Source: Escherichia phage vB_EcoP-ZQ2
DNA length: 64,000 nt
Sequence record: NC_070874.1
Direction: 5' to 3' (one strand)
Shown: positions 7,362-17,090 of the stretch, in pieces
How positions within the stretch are numbered: the stretch's first letter is position 1
Layout of the letters: each line of letters begins with the position of its first letter
Made by a program: the position numbers and the translations under genes
The notes under the pieces: generated by a model
Databases searched by the model: none
What the model saw: only the letters and a program-made list of their open reading frames with translations
Told to the model about the DNA's origin: nothing

Positions 7362-7725
7362 GATGGATTTTCCTTCCTTTGGGAATGGGTCTGAAGTAAA
7401 CGGAAAGTGTTTTATTAAAGAGGTTATGTTCAACAATCATTTCCCAACCGGGTACTTTATAGAACCGGATTCCAGGGAAGAATGTTTCGAAGTCTGCATA
7501 CTCAGTAAGGTCATACACCTTTGGTTCAGTAAGTATCTCAGTGTTAAGTTGCAGGTTGTATAGGAAAAAAGAACCAATAATCTCGTGTGATTCCTCGCAA
7601 TCAGGAAAGAATACTGACTGTCTTGGGGATAACATCTTACTTACTACCTCTGGTTCCTCTAGGTAATATGGTTCTTGCTTGCGTAGCATACCGGTAATAT
7701 CAATATCAAAAGCATAAATGCTCAT
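7327..7725 (-). CDS. member B of the tandem paralogous family (132 aa)
   Basis: Core SVFFPDCEESHEIIGSFFLYN; AGGAGG RBS before the ATG at 7725; preceded by a terminator. Confidence 0.6.
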   Translation of the reverse strand: MSIYAFDIDITGMLRKQEPYYLEEPEVVSKMLSPRQSVFFPDCEESHEIIGSFFLYNLQLNTEILTEPKVYDLTEYADFETFFPGIRFYKVPGWEMIVEHNLFNKTLSVYFRPIPKGRKIHHEIHNDYPQFC

Positions 7726-7740
7726 AGTTGCATACCTCCT

Positions 7741-7777
7741 GAAAAAGAAATGGGGTAGAGCCTCTCGACTCTACCCC
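7741..7777 (-). terminator. rho-independent terminator (minus strand) between paralog A and paralog B
   Basis: 9-bp stem GGGGTAGAG(7752-7760)/CTCTACCCC(7769-7777), 8-nt loop; in minus sense followed by ATTTCTTTTTC and then the AGGAGG RBS of the next gene. Confidence 0.6.
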
Positions 7778-7925
7778 TTACCGTTTTCTATCACGGGTCA
7801 GTTCATCACCCTAGATACATGTGTATCGTTAGCCTACTAGGTAGGAAAGGAGCCGGGCAACCCTGACTGTAGAAGTTACTAACTCTTTACGAGTACCGCC
7901 ACTGTCTACTAGGCGGCATGACTAA

Positions 7926-8216
7926 TCACATCGTCACCGTCATCCGAACACTGTCTTTGCTTCGCCTGACGGAGACACTATGAGGTAATTTTGTGAAGAA
8001 CACAAGAGAGGAAAATGTTTTATCTAAAGTATAAGTTTCCCTTGGTTCTTTGATGGCAATGTTAGGACGGTTCTCTAATAGCATAATTCCAGACAACTCA
8101 TGGAATGTATCATCATCGTGGGTGACTATGATGTCACCTGGGAAGAAGCCAGCCTTGGTGTGGTCTATCTCTGCGTATACATCTTTGGAGTCGTGGACTC
8201 TCATATAGATTCTCAA
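7926..8216 (-). CDS. member A of the tandem paralogous family (96 aa); probable TTG start
   Basis: Core DIIVTHDDDTFHELSGIMLLEN; AAGGAG RBS 6 nt upstream of the TTG at 8216..8214; C-terminal extent uncertain. Confidence 0.5.
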   Translation of the reverse strand: MRIYMRVHDSKDVYAEIDHTKAGFFPGDIIVTHDDDTFHELSGIMLLENRPNIAIKEPRETYTLDKTFSSLVFFTKLPHSVSVRRSKDSVRMTVTM

Positions 8217-8387
8217 AGGTTACTCCTTTTGGGAATAGGGTCATCGGAACATTACATACTATTTAGTATCATGAACTTTTTCTATATCATGACTAAAGTG
8301 TAACTGTATGGTATCGTTTCTTCAAGGGGTATCTCACCCCAAGAAAAGAATCTTCTTTAATAGACATAACTTTGTAGCGAGATAAGT

Positions 8388-9077
8388 ATGAGTGAACTAA
8401 CTAAGCAGCAGATTATTAATGCCTTACCTGCTAACTTCAAAAACAGTGTGACCCAGGAGTTGGTAGACACAATTAACAACATAACCCAAGACCAACTAGT
8501 TGCTGAGTCCTTTCGTGAAAACTTTATCTCCTACTCTGGTGTAATGAAGGAAGGTAAGTTTAAGACACAGGACTACATGAATGCAGTTCAGTATGTAACT
8601 TATAAACATATGGGCTACTCAAATAAGGAAGCCTACTTCAAAACATTCCCCAACCGACAAGCAGAACTTGTTGCACGAGGAACCAGTGAGAAAGATATTA
8701 GTGCTTATGTATCTGCTTACCACAGGGGTAAGTTAGTTAACCTCATCATGGAACAAAGTTTGGTTCCAGTGTGGATTGTGAACCAAGACAATTATCAGAA
8801 GGCAATCAACGTTCAGGTTGAACTGATGACTTCAGCAGCAAGTGAGAAAGTAAGATGTGATGCAGCTAACTCTATCCTTACTCACTTAGCTAAGCCAAAG
8901 GACCAGGTAACGAATATCAATCTGGACTTAAGAGAGAACTCCGGATTAACTGACCTCAAGGCAACACTTGCTGCATTAGCTGAACAGCAGATTAATGCAA
9001 TCAATAGTGGTGTACCTACTAAAGAGGTTGCTGGTTCTAAACTAGTACGAGCAGATGAGGACATTACAGATGTCTGA
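8388..9077 (+). CDS. first gene of the late operon, directly upstream of the large terminase (N4 gp69-like position; possible small terminase subunit)
   Basis: ORF track (229 aa); overlaps the large terminase start; function inferred from position only. Confidence 0.55.
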   Translation: MSELTKQQIINALPANFKNSVTQELVDTINNITQDQLVAESFRENFISYSGVMKEGKFKTQDYMNAVQYVTYKHMGYSNKEAYFKTFPNRQAELVARGTSEKDISAYVSAYHRGKLVNLIMEQSLVPVWIVNQDNYQKAINVQVELMTSAASEKVRCDAANSILTHLAKPKDQVTNINLDLRENSGLTDLKATLAALAEQQINAINSGVPTKEVAGSKLVRADEDITDV

Positions 9078-10659
9078 GTTAATTAAACAGGAACTAGATG
9101 AATGGCTAGACCAGGTGGATTACTCCCACCTAAACTCTTCCAACTATGTTCCCAGTCAGTTTGCTCTTACCTTTGCTAACTTTATTAAGTTGGTTAATGG
9201 CAAAGAGGGTGAGTCCAACAAAACACCTCCGGTTCACTTAAAGATGCTGGATAAAATGATTAGTCCGAACCAGTACGTAGTTAACCTATGCTTCCGTGGT
9301 GCAGGTAAGACTGCTGTATTCATGGAATACTTTACATTGTTTCTGGCAGTGTTCGGTCACTTACCTAGCTTGGGTAAAGTAGAAGGAATGATTTACGTAT
9401 CTGACTCAATGGATAACGGTGCTAAGTCTGCACGTAAGAACATTGAGTTCCGTTACAAGAATAGTGAGTTCCTTCAGCAATGGATACCTGAAGCTACCTT
9501 TACGGATAACCTATTAGAGTTTCGTAATGTAGAAGGGCATCGACTCGGAGTTAAGCTGTTTGGTGCTAAGACAGGTCTTCGTGGTACGAAGATATATGGT
9601 AAACGCCCAACACTTTGTGTACTGGATGACTTGATTAGTGATGGTGATGCTAACTCCAAGACGAGTATGGAAGCTATTAAAGATACTGTCTATAAAGGTG
9701 TGAACCATGCTCTTGACCCTACCCGTCGTAAAGTAATCTTCAACGGTACTCCCTTTAATAAGGAAGATATTATCATTGAAGCAGTTGAGTCTGGTGCATG
9801 GGATGTAAACGTATGGCCCGTTTGTGAGAAATTCCCGTGTAGTAGAGAAGAATTTCAGGGTGCATGGGATGACCGTTTCTCTTACGACTACATCAAAGCC
9901 CAATATGACATGGCAGTTAAGACCGGTAAGCTGGCAGGTTTCTATCAGGAACTTATGCTCCGTATTAGCTCTGAAGATGAGAGACTGGTTCAGGATAGTG
10001 AAATAAGATGGTATAGCAGACAGCAACTATTAAAGATGAAGTCCTGCTATAACTATTACATTACAACTGACTTTGCTACATCGGAGAAACAGACCAGTGA
10101 CTATAGTGTCATATCAGTTTGGGCTTATAGTTCTAATGGAGATTGGTTCTGGGTTGATGGTGTGGCTAATCGTCAGCTTATGGATAAAAACTTTGATGAC
10201 CTGTTCCGTCTGGTTCAGGAATACCAACCACAAAACGTTGGGGTTGAAATCACAGGACAACAAGGTGGATTCATCTCACTTCTTCAGAAGGAAATGATTA
10301 ACCGTAATGTCTTCTTTAACTTTGCATCCTCTGTGGGTGGTAAGCCAGGCATCCGTCCTGTAACCTCTAAGCTGTCACGTTTTAACCTAGTAGTTCCATG
10401 GTTCAAAGCTGGTAAGATGTACTTCCCGGAAGAGTTGAGAGATTCAACTATTATGGGTCTGTTCATGGGCCAGATTAAACTAGCTACCATTAACGGAATA
10501 AAGGGTAAGGATGACTGTATTGATACTATCTCCATGCTGGGTTATCTCAATCCTTGGAAACCACAAGCAGGTATGACTATGGTGGATAACAAAGGTGACC
10601 CAATGTGGGATGATGAAGAAGAAGATAGTGTTAACCCACTACGTTCATACATTGTGTGA
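9055..10659 (+). CDS. terminase large subunit
   Basis: 534 aa; Walker A CFRGAGKTA, Walker B-like LCVLDD, C-terminal nuclease-type acidic residues (ITTDFA, DDCIDT). Confidence 0.8.
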   Translation: MRTLQMSELIKQELDEWLDQVDYSHLNSSNYVPSQFALTFANFIKLVNGKEGESNKTPPVHLKMLDKMISPNQYVVNLCFRGAGKTAVFMEYFTLFLAVFGHLPSLGKVEGMIYVSDSMDNGAKSARKNIEFRYKNSEFLQQWIPEATFTDNLLEFRNVEGHRLGVKLFGAKTGLRGTKIYGKRPTLCVLDDLISDGDANSKTSMEAIKDTVYKGVNHALDPTRRKVIFNGTPFNKEDIIIEAVESGAWDVNVWPVCEKFPCSREEFQGAWDDRFSYDYIKAQYDMAVKTGKLAGFYQELMLRISSEDERLVQDSEIRWYSRQQLLKMKSCYNYYITTDFATSEKQTSDYSVISVWAYSSNGDWFWVDGVANRQLMDKNFDDLFRLVQEYQPQNVGVEITGQQGGFISLLQKEMINRNVFFNFASSVGGKPGIRPVTSKLSRFNLVVPWFKAGKMYFPEELRDSTIMGLFMGQIKLATINGIKGKDDCIDTISMLGYLNPWKPQAGMTMVDNKGDPMWDDEEEDSVNPLRSYIV

Positions 10660-10665
10660 GGAACC

Positions 10666-11376
10666 ATGCAGAAATTATCGGAAGTATATCGTGGCTTAGC
10701 ACTAAGTACCTTGAAGGGTACTGGTGCAGTCACGGATGACAGATTAGGCATTGAGCCAGACAGTAAGCCAGAAATATTGGCTGCTATTAATGAAGGGTTG
10801 GTACGATTGCATAGTCGTTTCCCTCTCCGAACTAATAGCTGCATTGTGGAGATGAAAGAAGGTCGTACTGACTACCCTCTTCAATCTCGGTATGCTTACT
10901 CCCGGTTTACTAAACCTACTCTTGAGATTCAATATCCATATATCATGGATGGGTTCATGAAACCTTTCCAGGATGACGTTATTAAAATCTTAAATGTGTT
11001 TGATAACTCTGGGAATCGACGTAGACTGAACGACGACTCAGACCCTAATGCAATCTTCACCCCAAGACCTGATACTATTCAATGTATGCGACCTCGACAC
11101 TTCGAGGCACTTAACGTAACTTATCAAGCTAAGCACCCAGTACTTACGGGTGATGAAGAACAGGAAGTTGACTTAGCAGACACGCTAATGACAGCACTTC
11201 ATAACTGGGTGGGTTATCGTTACCACACTGGTTTGAATACTCCGGAAGCTAATGCTAAGGCAGTAGAGTATCTGCAAACGTATGAAAGCATCTGTGGTGA
11301 GGTTGTTGATTACGACCTGGCTAATGGAAGTATTTCAATTACCGAAACTAAATTTGAACAACGAGGATGGCGATGA
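10666..11376 (+). CDS. virion structural protein (N4 gp67-like position)
   Basis: ORF track (236 aa); between terminase and tail fiber; start 7 nt after the terminase stop. Confidence 0.55.
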   Translation: MQKLSEVYRGLALSTLKGTGAVTDDRLGIEPDSKPEILAAINEGLVRLHSRFPLRTNSCIVEMKEGRTDYPLQSRYAYSRFTKPTLEIQYPYIMDGFMKPFQDDVIKILNVFDNSGNRRRLNDDSDPNAIFTPRPDTIQCMRPRHFEALNVTYQAKHPVLTGDEEQEVDLADTLMTALHNWVGYRYHTGLNTPEANAKAVEYLQTYESICGEVVDYDLANGSISITETKFEQRGWR

Positions 11377-14300
11377 ACGCACATACCCCCTTTGATGCAA
11401 ATCAGGATTGGTCTAATCCTTACTGTCAGAACAGTTCCAATGATCCTATGGTAGATGCACTACTTGGTAATGCTTACCATGTGGTTCGAACTGTTTACTG
11501 TAACTTGGGTAACCTGAAACTTATCTATGACTTCCTTAACCAGTATGGAATGGTACTTGGTGTACAGTCTGAAGCAGAACTTAAAGCACTAACAACCAAA
11601 GCTAAGTATGCACGTATCTATGGATTCTCTCGTGCAGGTGACCGTCAGGTAACTGACTACCTGTATGTGGAAGGTGATCGTACGGGTATTATTCCAGACG
11701 ATCCAAAGGCAACCGGTTCGTGGATTACTGTTGCTACTTCTGGTTCTAATAGTGGTGGTACTTCCTCTGGGGAAGGTGCTTATATTCCTTGGGTATACGA
11801 CAATGGTTCTGCTGCTGGTGGGGAAACCACAATCAACGTACCAGATGGTACGGTAGGTGTACCTTTTATCATTATTAATGGGGATATGCAGTATGTAGGA
11901 CGTGGCTTTGAATTTAATGCAGATAGCCTGTCGGTAACTCTGGCTCAACCTCTGGAAGAAGGTGATGAGGTAGTATTCCTTCTGACTGGAGTTCCTGCTG
12001 TACCAGATAATCCTAACGTTAATGACTGGGTTCAGATTAACTGGTTATATAACAATGGTGCTGCTATAGGTGGTGAGCAGGTTATTGCTATCCCTTATAC
12101 CTTCCAGTCTGTTCCTGCTGTGTATAAGAATGGGCTTCGTTTGTATAAAGGATTAGCTACTGAGTCATATACTGCTGACCCGGATAACCAACGTATACTT
12201 CTTACAGAACCACTGGCAACCAATGACCGGCTAATTGTGCAGATTGGTGGTGAAGCACAGGTACTGGAAACAGCAGACCATACCCTTCAGGAAGTTGCTC
12301 GTGCTACTAACGTTAAGGATAGTGAGGTAATTCTTAGTACAGATACTACCCAGTTCCTGAATAATAAGAAGGTTATTTATTCTGTTAGTGAGCAGAAAGC
12401 ATATGGATTACCTGTACTACCAACTAACGTATTCATTCAGTCTGTAAGCAATGGCAAGTTAATTTACTCACCTGGATCCATTGAAGTAGACCTAATCCCC
12501 GTACCCAATTCTGCAGAGAGTTTGGAACAGGCACTGTCAGCTGAAAATGGTGCATCGTTGATTGTAGATAAACTCCCGTATGCTGGAGCAGTACCAAGAA
12601 CCCAGCACGATATAAATTCACAATTTAGTAATATTCTTGACTTTCTAGGCGATGGGTATGATGGCACTACGGATGCTGCAGGAGCCTTTATCTCTGCCAA
12701 CACACTCGTTCCGAAAAGTAGAGAGATTGTTGTTCCAAGTGGGGTGTATCTTCTCAATAGTGACGTGGATTGTTCCGGTCGCCGTTTTACATTTGAGGAG
12801 CCTGTGACATTTACTGGTATTGGTAAGTTCTACCGGGCTATTGTCAATAGAATTATGCCGGATGGAACAACTCGGGTTTCTCAGTGGGCCAAACCAGGAA
12901 CTACCGAATATATGACGGCATCTGCTGTTTTCGGTGACAATGGGGCTACAGCAACTGGCATTCAGATTGGTGGAGCTGTGCCATACAATGGCACAGATGG
13001 TGTCATGATGTTTACCGATGGTAGCTCTGGGTGGTTAGGTGTTCGTGCATCTAAGTGGCCCCACCCTACGGAAATGGCGATATATCCAAGCTCTAAAGCT
13101 GGGTCATGTCAGACAATCTCAGGCAGTAATGCTGTAAAAAGACTGTCGGGTGCTAGCATTACGGCTGAAGCGATTGGGAAACCAATTTCCATCTATGATT
13201 CCCTATATACCATATCGACCATAACAGCAGATGGTTTTACTGTTAAGAATATTAATGGAACACCCGTTACTTGGGGGTCAACGGCAACTCACTCATTCAT
13301 TTTATGCTATTACAATGGTAGTGGTTTGTGCAGCGTATCTGGTACTACTGTGACACGTATTAGTGGCGACCCATTTGTAATTCCTGACCCGACAGTACCA
13401 CAAACAATGACTATAAACGGTATTGACTACCGTGTAGTGTCTTTTACAGACCCTCAACATGTTACCCTTAATTCTGCTCCAGGGGATTCAGCGTTAACGG
13501 AATATAAATTCTGGGGCACAGTCAATAGCCTTAACTCTGCTCTTAGGATTCATCGACTCAATGCTGCTGGGTTTGAGGAAAATATTAGTCTCATTGCTAA
13601 TAATGCTGGCTATTTTGCATTACACGCCGCAGCTGGTAACCCAGCCAATGAGCAGTATCCAATCTATATTGGGTCAGGTTGGGAAGATAACGGACAGATG
13701 CGTAAGAGTATTATCTCTGCAGGTAATGGAGATGTAACTCTTGGTGGGGGTTATGGAAATGGGCCGTTATACGTGCCATATAATCAAACATCTGGCCGCC
13801 CGCAAGTCATGGTGGATAACAGTACGGGTACAGCCACCATTTCGTCTACTGGCGGACCTACTCCGGATGCATCGTTAGCTATTAAAGCTAAGGGTACAGG
13901 TAGGGTTGTGTTTCACTCCGAGGTCGGGGTTAACGCTGCGATATACCCCTACATAGATAACGTTTATTCATGCGGTCAATCCGGGAATAGGTGGTCACAG
14001 ATATGGGCATCGAACGCCACCATCCAGACTTCTGATGGGACGACAAAAACTGCAGTTCAAGCATCCGACTTATCTACAGACTTTATTCTTGGTCTAAACC
14101 CTGTTTCTTATAAGAACATTGTCGGGGGAAATGTTGTAGAAGAGGTTGAAGATGGCGTAGAAGAAATTGAACGACAAGTGGTAGAAAAAGTTACTTCTTC
14201 TGAAGAAGTCCATGAACGCGTTGTTGATGGTGATGAAGTCTACTACGTTCGCAAGTTTGTTAACAAGGAAGTAGAACGACCAGTATTTCATGATGTTGAG

Positions 14301-14594
14301 CTGCGTGACGAGCTTGGCAATGTCATTGGTACAATCAAAACACCATTGATGGAAAAAGTGGTTGTTCCAAAAACTCGTCAAGTTATTACGCCAGTACCAG
14401 GGAAACGGACGCACTATGGATTTATTGCACAGGAGGTTAAAGACCTCGTAGACGAATTAGGAATTTCCGATTTCGGTGGGTACGTTGAAGGTGAAGATGG
14501 TAAACTTGGTCTTCGCTACGGTGAGTTCATCTCTCCGATAGTGTCTTGCTTGCAGGATATTATCAAGCGACTGGAACTGCTAGAGAAAAAGTAA
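11367..14594 (+). CDS. tail fiber / appendage protein with C-terminal intramolecular-chaperone (peptidase S74-like) autoproteolytic domain
   Basis: 1075 aa, Gly/Thr/Ser-rich; C-terminal IQTSDGTTK...YGFIAQEV...GLRYGEFISP resembles the SDxxxK cleavage site and conserved C-terminus of tail-fiber chaperone domains. Confidence 0.7.
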   Translation: MAMNAHTPFDANQDWSNPYCQNSSNDPMVDALLGNAYHVVRTVYCNLGNLKLIYDFLNQYGMVLGVQSEAELKALTTKAKYARIYGFSRAGDRQVTDYLYVEGDRTGIIPDDPKATGSWITVATSGSNSGGTSSGEGAYIPWVYDNGSAAGGETTINVPDGTVGVPFIIINGDMQYVGRGFEFNADSLSVTLAQPLEEGDEVVFLLTGVPAVPDNPNVNDWVQINWLYNNGAAIGGEQVIAIPYTFQSVPAVYKNGLRLYKGLATESYTADPDNQRILLTEPLATNDRLIVQIGGEAQVLETADHTLQEVARATNVKDSEVILSTDTTQFLNNKKVIYSVSEQKAYGLPVLPTNVFIQSVSNGKLIYSPGSIEVDLIPVPNSAESLEQALSAENGASLIVDKLPYAGAVPRTQHDINSQFSNILDFLGDGYDGTTDAAGAFISANTLVPKSREIVVPSGVYLLNSDVDCSGRRFTFEEPVTFTGIGKFYRAIVNRIMPDGTTRVSQWAKPGTTEYMTASAVFGDNGATATGIQIGGAVPYNGTDGVMMFTDGSSGWLGVRASKWPHPTEMAIYPSSKAGSCQTISGSNAVKRLSGASITAEAIGKPISIYDSLYTISTITADGFTVKNINGTPVTWGSTATHSFILCYYNGSGLCSVSGTTVTRISGDPFVIPDPTVPQTMTINGIDYRVVSFTDPQHVTLNSAPGDSALTEYKFWGTVNSLNSALRIHRLNAAGFEENISLIANNAGYFALHAAAGNPANEQYPIYIGSGWEDNGQMRKSIISAGNGDVTLGGGYGNGPLYVPYNQTSGRPQVMVDNSTGTATISSTGGPTPDASLAIKAKGTGRVVFHSEVGVNAAIYPYIDNVYSCGQSGNRWSQIWASNATIQTSDGTTKTAVQASDLSTDFILGLNPVSYKNIVGGNVVEEVEDGVEEIERQVVEKVTSSEEVHERVVDGDEVYYVRKFVNKEVERPVFHDVELRDELGNVIGTIKTPLMEKVVVPKTRQVITPVPGKRTHYGFIAQEVKDLVDELGISDFGGYVEGEDGKLGLRYGEFISPIVSCLQDIIKRLELLEKK

Positions 14595-14660
14595 ATAGTT
14601 CTAACGCGTCGTTGTGTATGGTTTTATGAACCTACTAGACCCAAAGTCTTAATAGCACAC

Positions 14661-14682
14661 AAACCCCTCTTCGGAGGGGTTT
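14661..14682 (+). terminator. stem-loop after the tail fiber gene (UUCG tetraloop; weak U tract)
   Basis: 9-bp stem AAACCCCTC/GAGGGGTTT with TTCG loop. Confidence 0.4.
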
Positions 14683-14705
14683 CCTAGAAAAACAAAGAGG
14701 TTGTT

Positions 14706-17057
14706 ATGAACGAAATGTTCTCACAAGGTGGTAAAGGCTCCACTGGTATACTTACCAATAAGCAAGCCATTGCCCGTAAGTTTGGTGTTAAGCAGAATGA
14801 AGTAGTCTACTTTGCTGTAGGTGTAGACTTAGGTGGTTACAAAGTAATCTATGATAAGACTACCCAGCGTGCTTACTCATTGCCCGTACTTCCTTCAGGA
14901 ACCACTGCTGTAAGTCTTAGCAACCAGGCAGTCCTGGTTCATTCAGCAGGTACAGTTGATTTAGGGGAACTGGCTGCTACATGCAGGGAGTTCGTGAACT
15001 TGTCTGACACGTTTGCTACTGGTTTGGTGGTAAATACTAGAAATGAATTACTATTTCATAATGGTATAGGTTATTCATATTTAGGTTCTCTACCTGTAAC
15101 TATTACCGCAGGAACTAACCCTGTTGGCAATGCAGACTGGAAGCCACAAACTGATCCTAATTTGAGAGAAGATTTATCTTCACCTGACCTAAATAAGGGA
15201 GCTTCTCTTGTTACTTTCCACTACTTAGGCGATACGGTGGAAAGCACATTAGGTAACATTCAATCAGTACCTTTTGAGCATTTCGGCGGCGGAACCTCAA
15301 AAACTGGGGAAGAAAACACCGCTGCTTTGAAAGCGGCTATCTCTTCACAGTTTAAGCACATTTGGTTTAATAACGGTCCCTATACTTTCTCTGGGGATAC
15401 TAATTTTACTGGAATCAATGGTAAAATTTTTGAGTCTAATACAAACGCTGCTTTTGTTTTCTCAGGTTTATTTTTTAACTTCAAATCTCCAGTGGACACC
15501 GAGTTCAGGGGGATCACGTTCAGTGCTCCTCCTACCAATACGGTGTTAAACTCCGTGACTCTTAGTAACTTCACTAATATTAAATTTACTAAGTGTAAGT
15601 TTCTTGGTTTTGGGGGAGACACTACAAATACCGCAGGTAGTGCAGCACTCATACTTTATGCTGGTGATTCCGAGACGGCCCAGTATGCTGCTGGTAGTTC
15701 TACTGGTGCTGTTCTTGATGGGTGCTATTTTGACGGCCTTCGCGACCGTTTGTGTAACTTCGCGGTTAGGGTCTACACAGAATTTACTGTGCCGACTGCA
15801 TCTATTGCAACTAATTCCAATAATAAAATCATTAACTGTGATTTTGTCGGGCATAACTGGAACGCAGTTGAAATAGCCGGGCCTAGTACCCACAGCAACA
15901 TTGTTAGTAACTGTTCAGCTACTAACCCAGGACTGTGCCCATTTGACCTGGATAAAGGGACGCACGATAACATCGTAGAAAATATTACGATACGTAATTT
16001 GAAAGGAGACCTTGGCGTAAGTGGGTTCACCCGCGCGTCGGCTGTCAACATTCAGGGTGCCACTGCTGACACCTACTTTGCATACAATAACACCGTTAGA
16101 AATGTAACATGTGTCACAACTAAGGATAATATCGACGCGTATAACGCCACCGGTTTTGGTTCCGGGTTCGCTGCTGTTAGTCTGGCATACTGCTACAACA
16201 ACTTTGTAGATAATGTCACTATGACATGTAACGGTGGTGTTCCGACCAAACCATCAAATGGCACAATGGCATTCTGTCATCTCACGTTTGAATCTATATC
16301 CGGGTGTACCGTTAATCGGGTGTCTACGGTTAACGCGTCTCATGGCATATTAATGACTTCATTCAAAAGTCAATCTATGTCGGCACTTAACGAGCCAAAT
16401 CATTTTTCCACGTTCCGTAACTCTGGGGCCAACCTAGAAGGTGAAATATTTTACGGGTATGCTACCGCAGCGGGTAGTCCATTGAAGATTATCCTCAATG
16501 ACATAGACCTAACTACATCTGGTGCTCAAAGTAACCTTACGTACAACGGACACAAATATGCAATTGTGTACCGCACAGCTGGAAGCTCTGTTAACTATTT
16601 AAGGATTGAGGAAAGCCGCATCGGATTAGCTACTGATTCTAATCTCTGGTTTGCTATGTGCACAGGGCCGCAAATTGGTTTGCGAGAGGTGCAAATCCAC
16701 GATGGCAACGGTACAGCGAATGTTAATAGTCGTTTTATGGAATCCAATGGTTTGTCATTAATAACAAATATTGCTATCGATAACGTATATGGGGATCTAG
16801 AGAGAAAACCTATCCAGATACAGACGGCGTTAGCCGGGCTGACGGGTGGTACGTTTAAACTTGTTGGTGGGATTTCGGATAGTGGGTTACCACAATCTAG
16901 ACCTGTTACGTTATTCGCCAATTCAGCAACCACATTCCCATCAGCTGCTCAGTTTGATACGAATATAATCTTACGTCGTACATCGGCTACTACGGGCCAA
17001 GCGTGGGGATGGATTAGCACAGGAACAGCGTGGGCAGCGTTAGGCTCACTGACGTAG
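14706..17057 (+). CDS. tailspike / receptor-binding protein with parallel beta-helix (pectate-lyase-like) repeats
   Basis: 783 aa; recurring NIVSNCSATN, NIVENITIRN, NNTVRNVTCV, NNFVDNVTMT segments typical of right-handed beta-helix depolymerases. Confidence 0.65.
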   Translation: MNEMFSQGGKGSTGILTNKQAIARKFGVKQNEVVYFAVGVDLGGYKVIYDKTTQRAYSLPVLPSGTTAVSLSNQAVLVHSAGTVDLGELAATCREFVNLSDTFATGLVVNTRNELLFHNGIGYSYLGSLPVTITAGTNPVGNADWKPQTDPNLREDLSSPDLNKGASLVTFHYLGDTVESTLGNIQSVPFEHFGGGTSKTGEENTAALKAAISSQFKHIWFNNGPYTFSGDTNFTGINGKIFESNTNAAFVFSGLFFNFKSPVDTEFRGITFSAPPTNTVLNSVTLSNFTNIKFTKCKFLGFGGDTTNTAGSAALILYAGDSETAQYAAGSSTGAVLDGCYFDGLRDRLCNFAVRVYTEFTVPTASIATNSNNKIINCDFVGHNWNAVEIAGPSTHSNIVSNCSATNPGLCPFDLDKGTHDNIVENITIRNLKGDLGVSGFTRASAVNIQGATADTYFAYNNTVRNVTCVTTKDNIDAYNATGFGSGFAAVSLAYCYNNFVDNVTMTCNGGVPTKPSNGTMAFCHLTFESISGCTVNRVSTVNASHGILMTSFKSQSMSALNEPNHFSTFRNSGANLEGEIFYGYATAAGSPLKIILNDIDLTTSGAQSNLTYNGHKYAIVYRTAGSSVNYLRIEESRIGLATDSNLWFAMCTGPQIGLREVQIHDGNGTANVNSRFMESNGLSLITNIAIDNVYGDLERKPIQIQTALAGLTGGTFKLVGGISDSGLPQSRPVTLFANSATTFPSAAQFDTNIILRRTSATTGQAWGWISTGTAWAALGSLT

Positions 17058-17063
17058 TAAAAT

Positions 17064-17090
17064 AAAAGGCCCATTTGGGCCTTTTCTTAT
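17064..17090 (+). terminator. rho-independent terminator after the tailspike gene
   Basis: AAAAGGCCC-ATTT-GGGCCTTTT followed by CTTAT. Confidence 0.6.

Noticed and set aside
7778-7925. Search for an additional GGA-loop hairpin promoter or terminal repeat upstream of the paralog array
   Set aside because: Only short palindromes with non-G loop centres (for example CCTAC-TAG-GTAGG) were found; none match the consensus of the three promoter copies.
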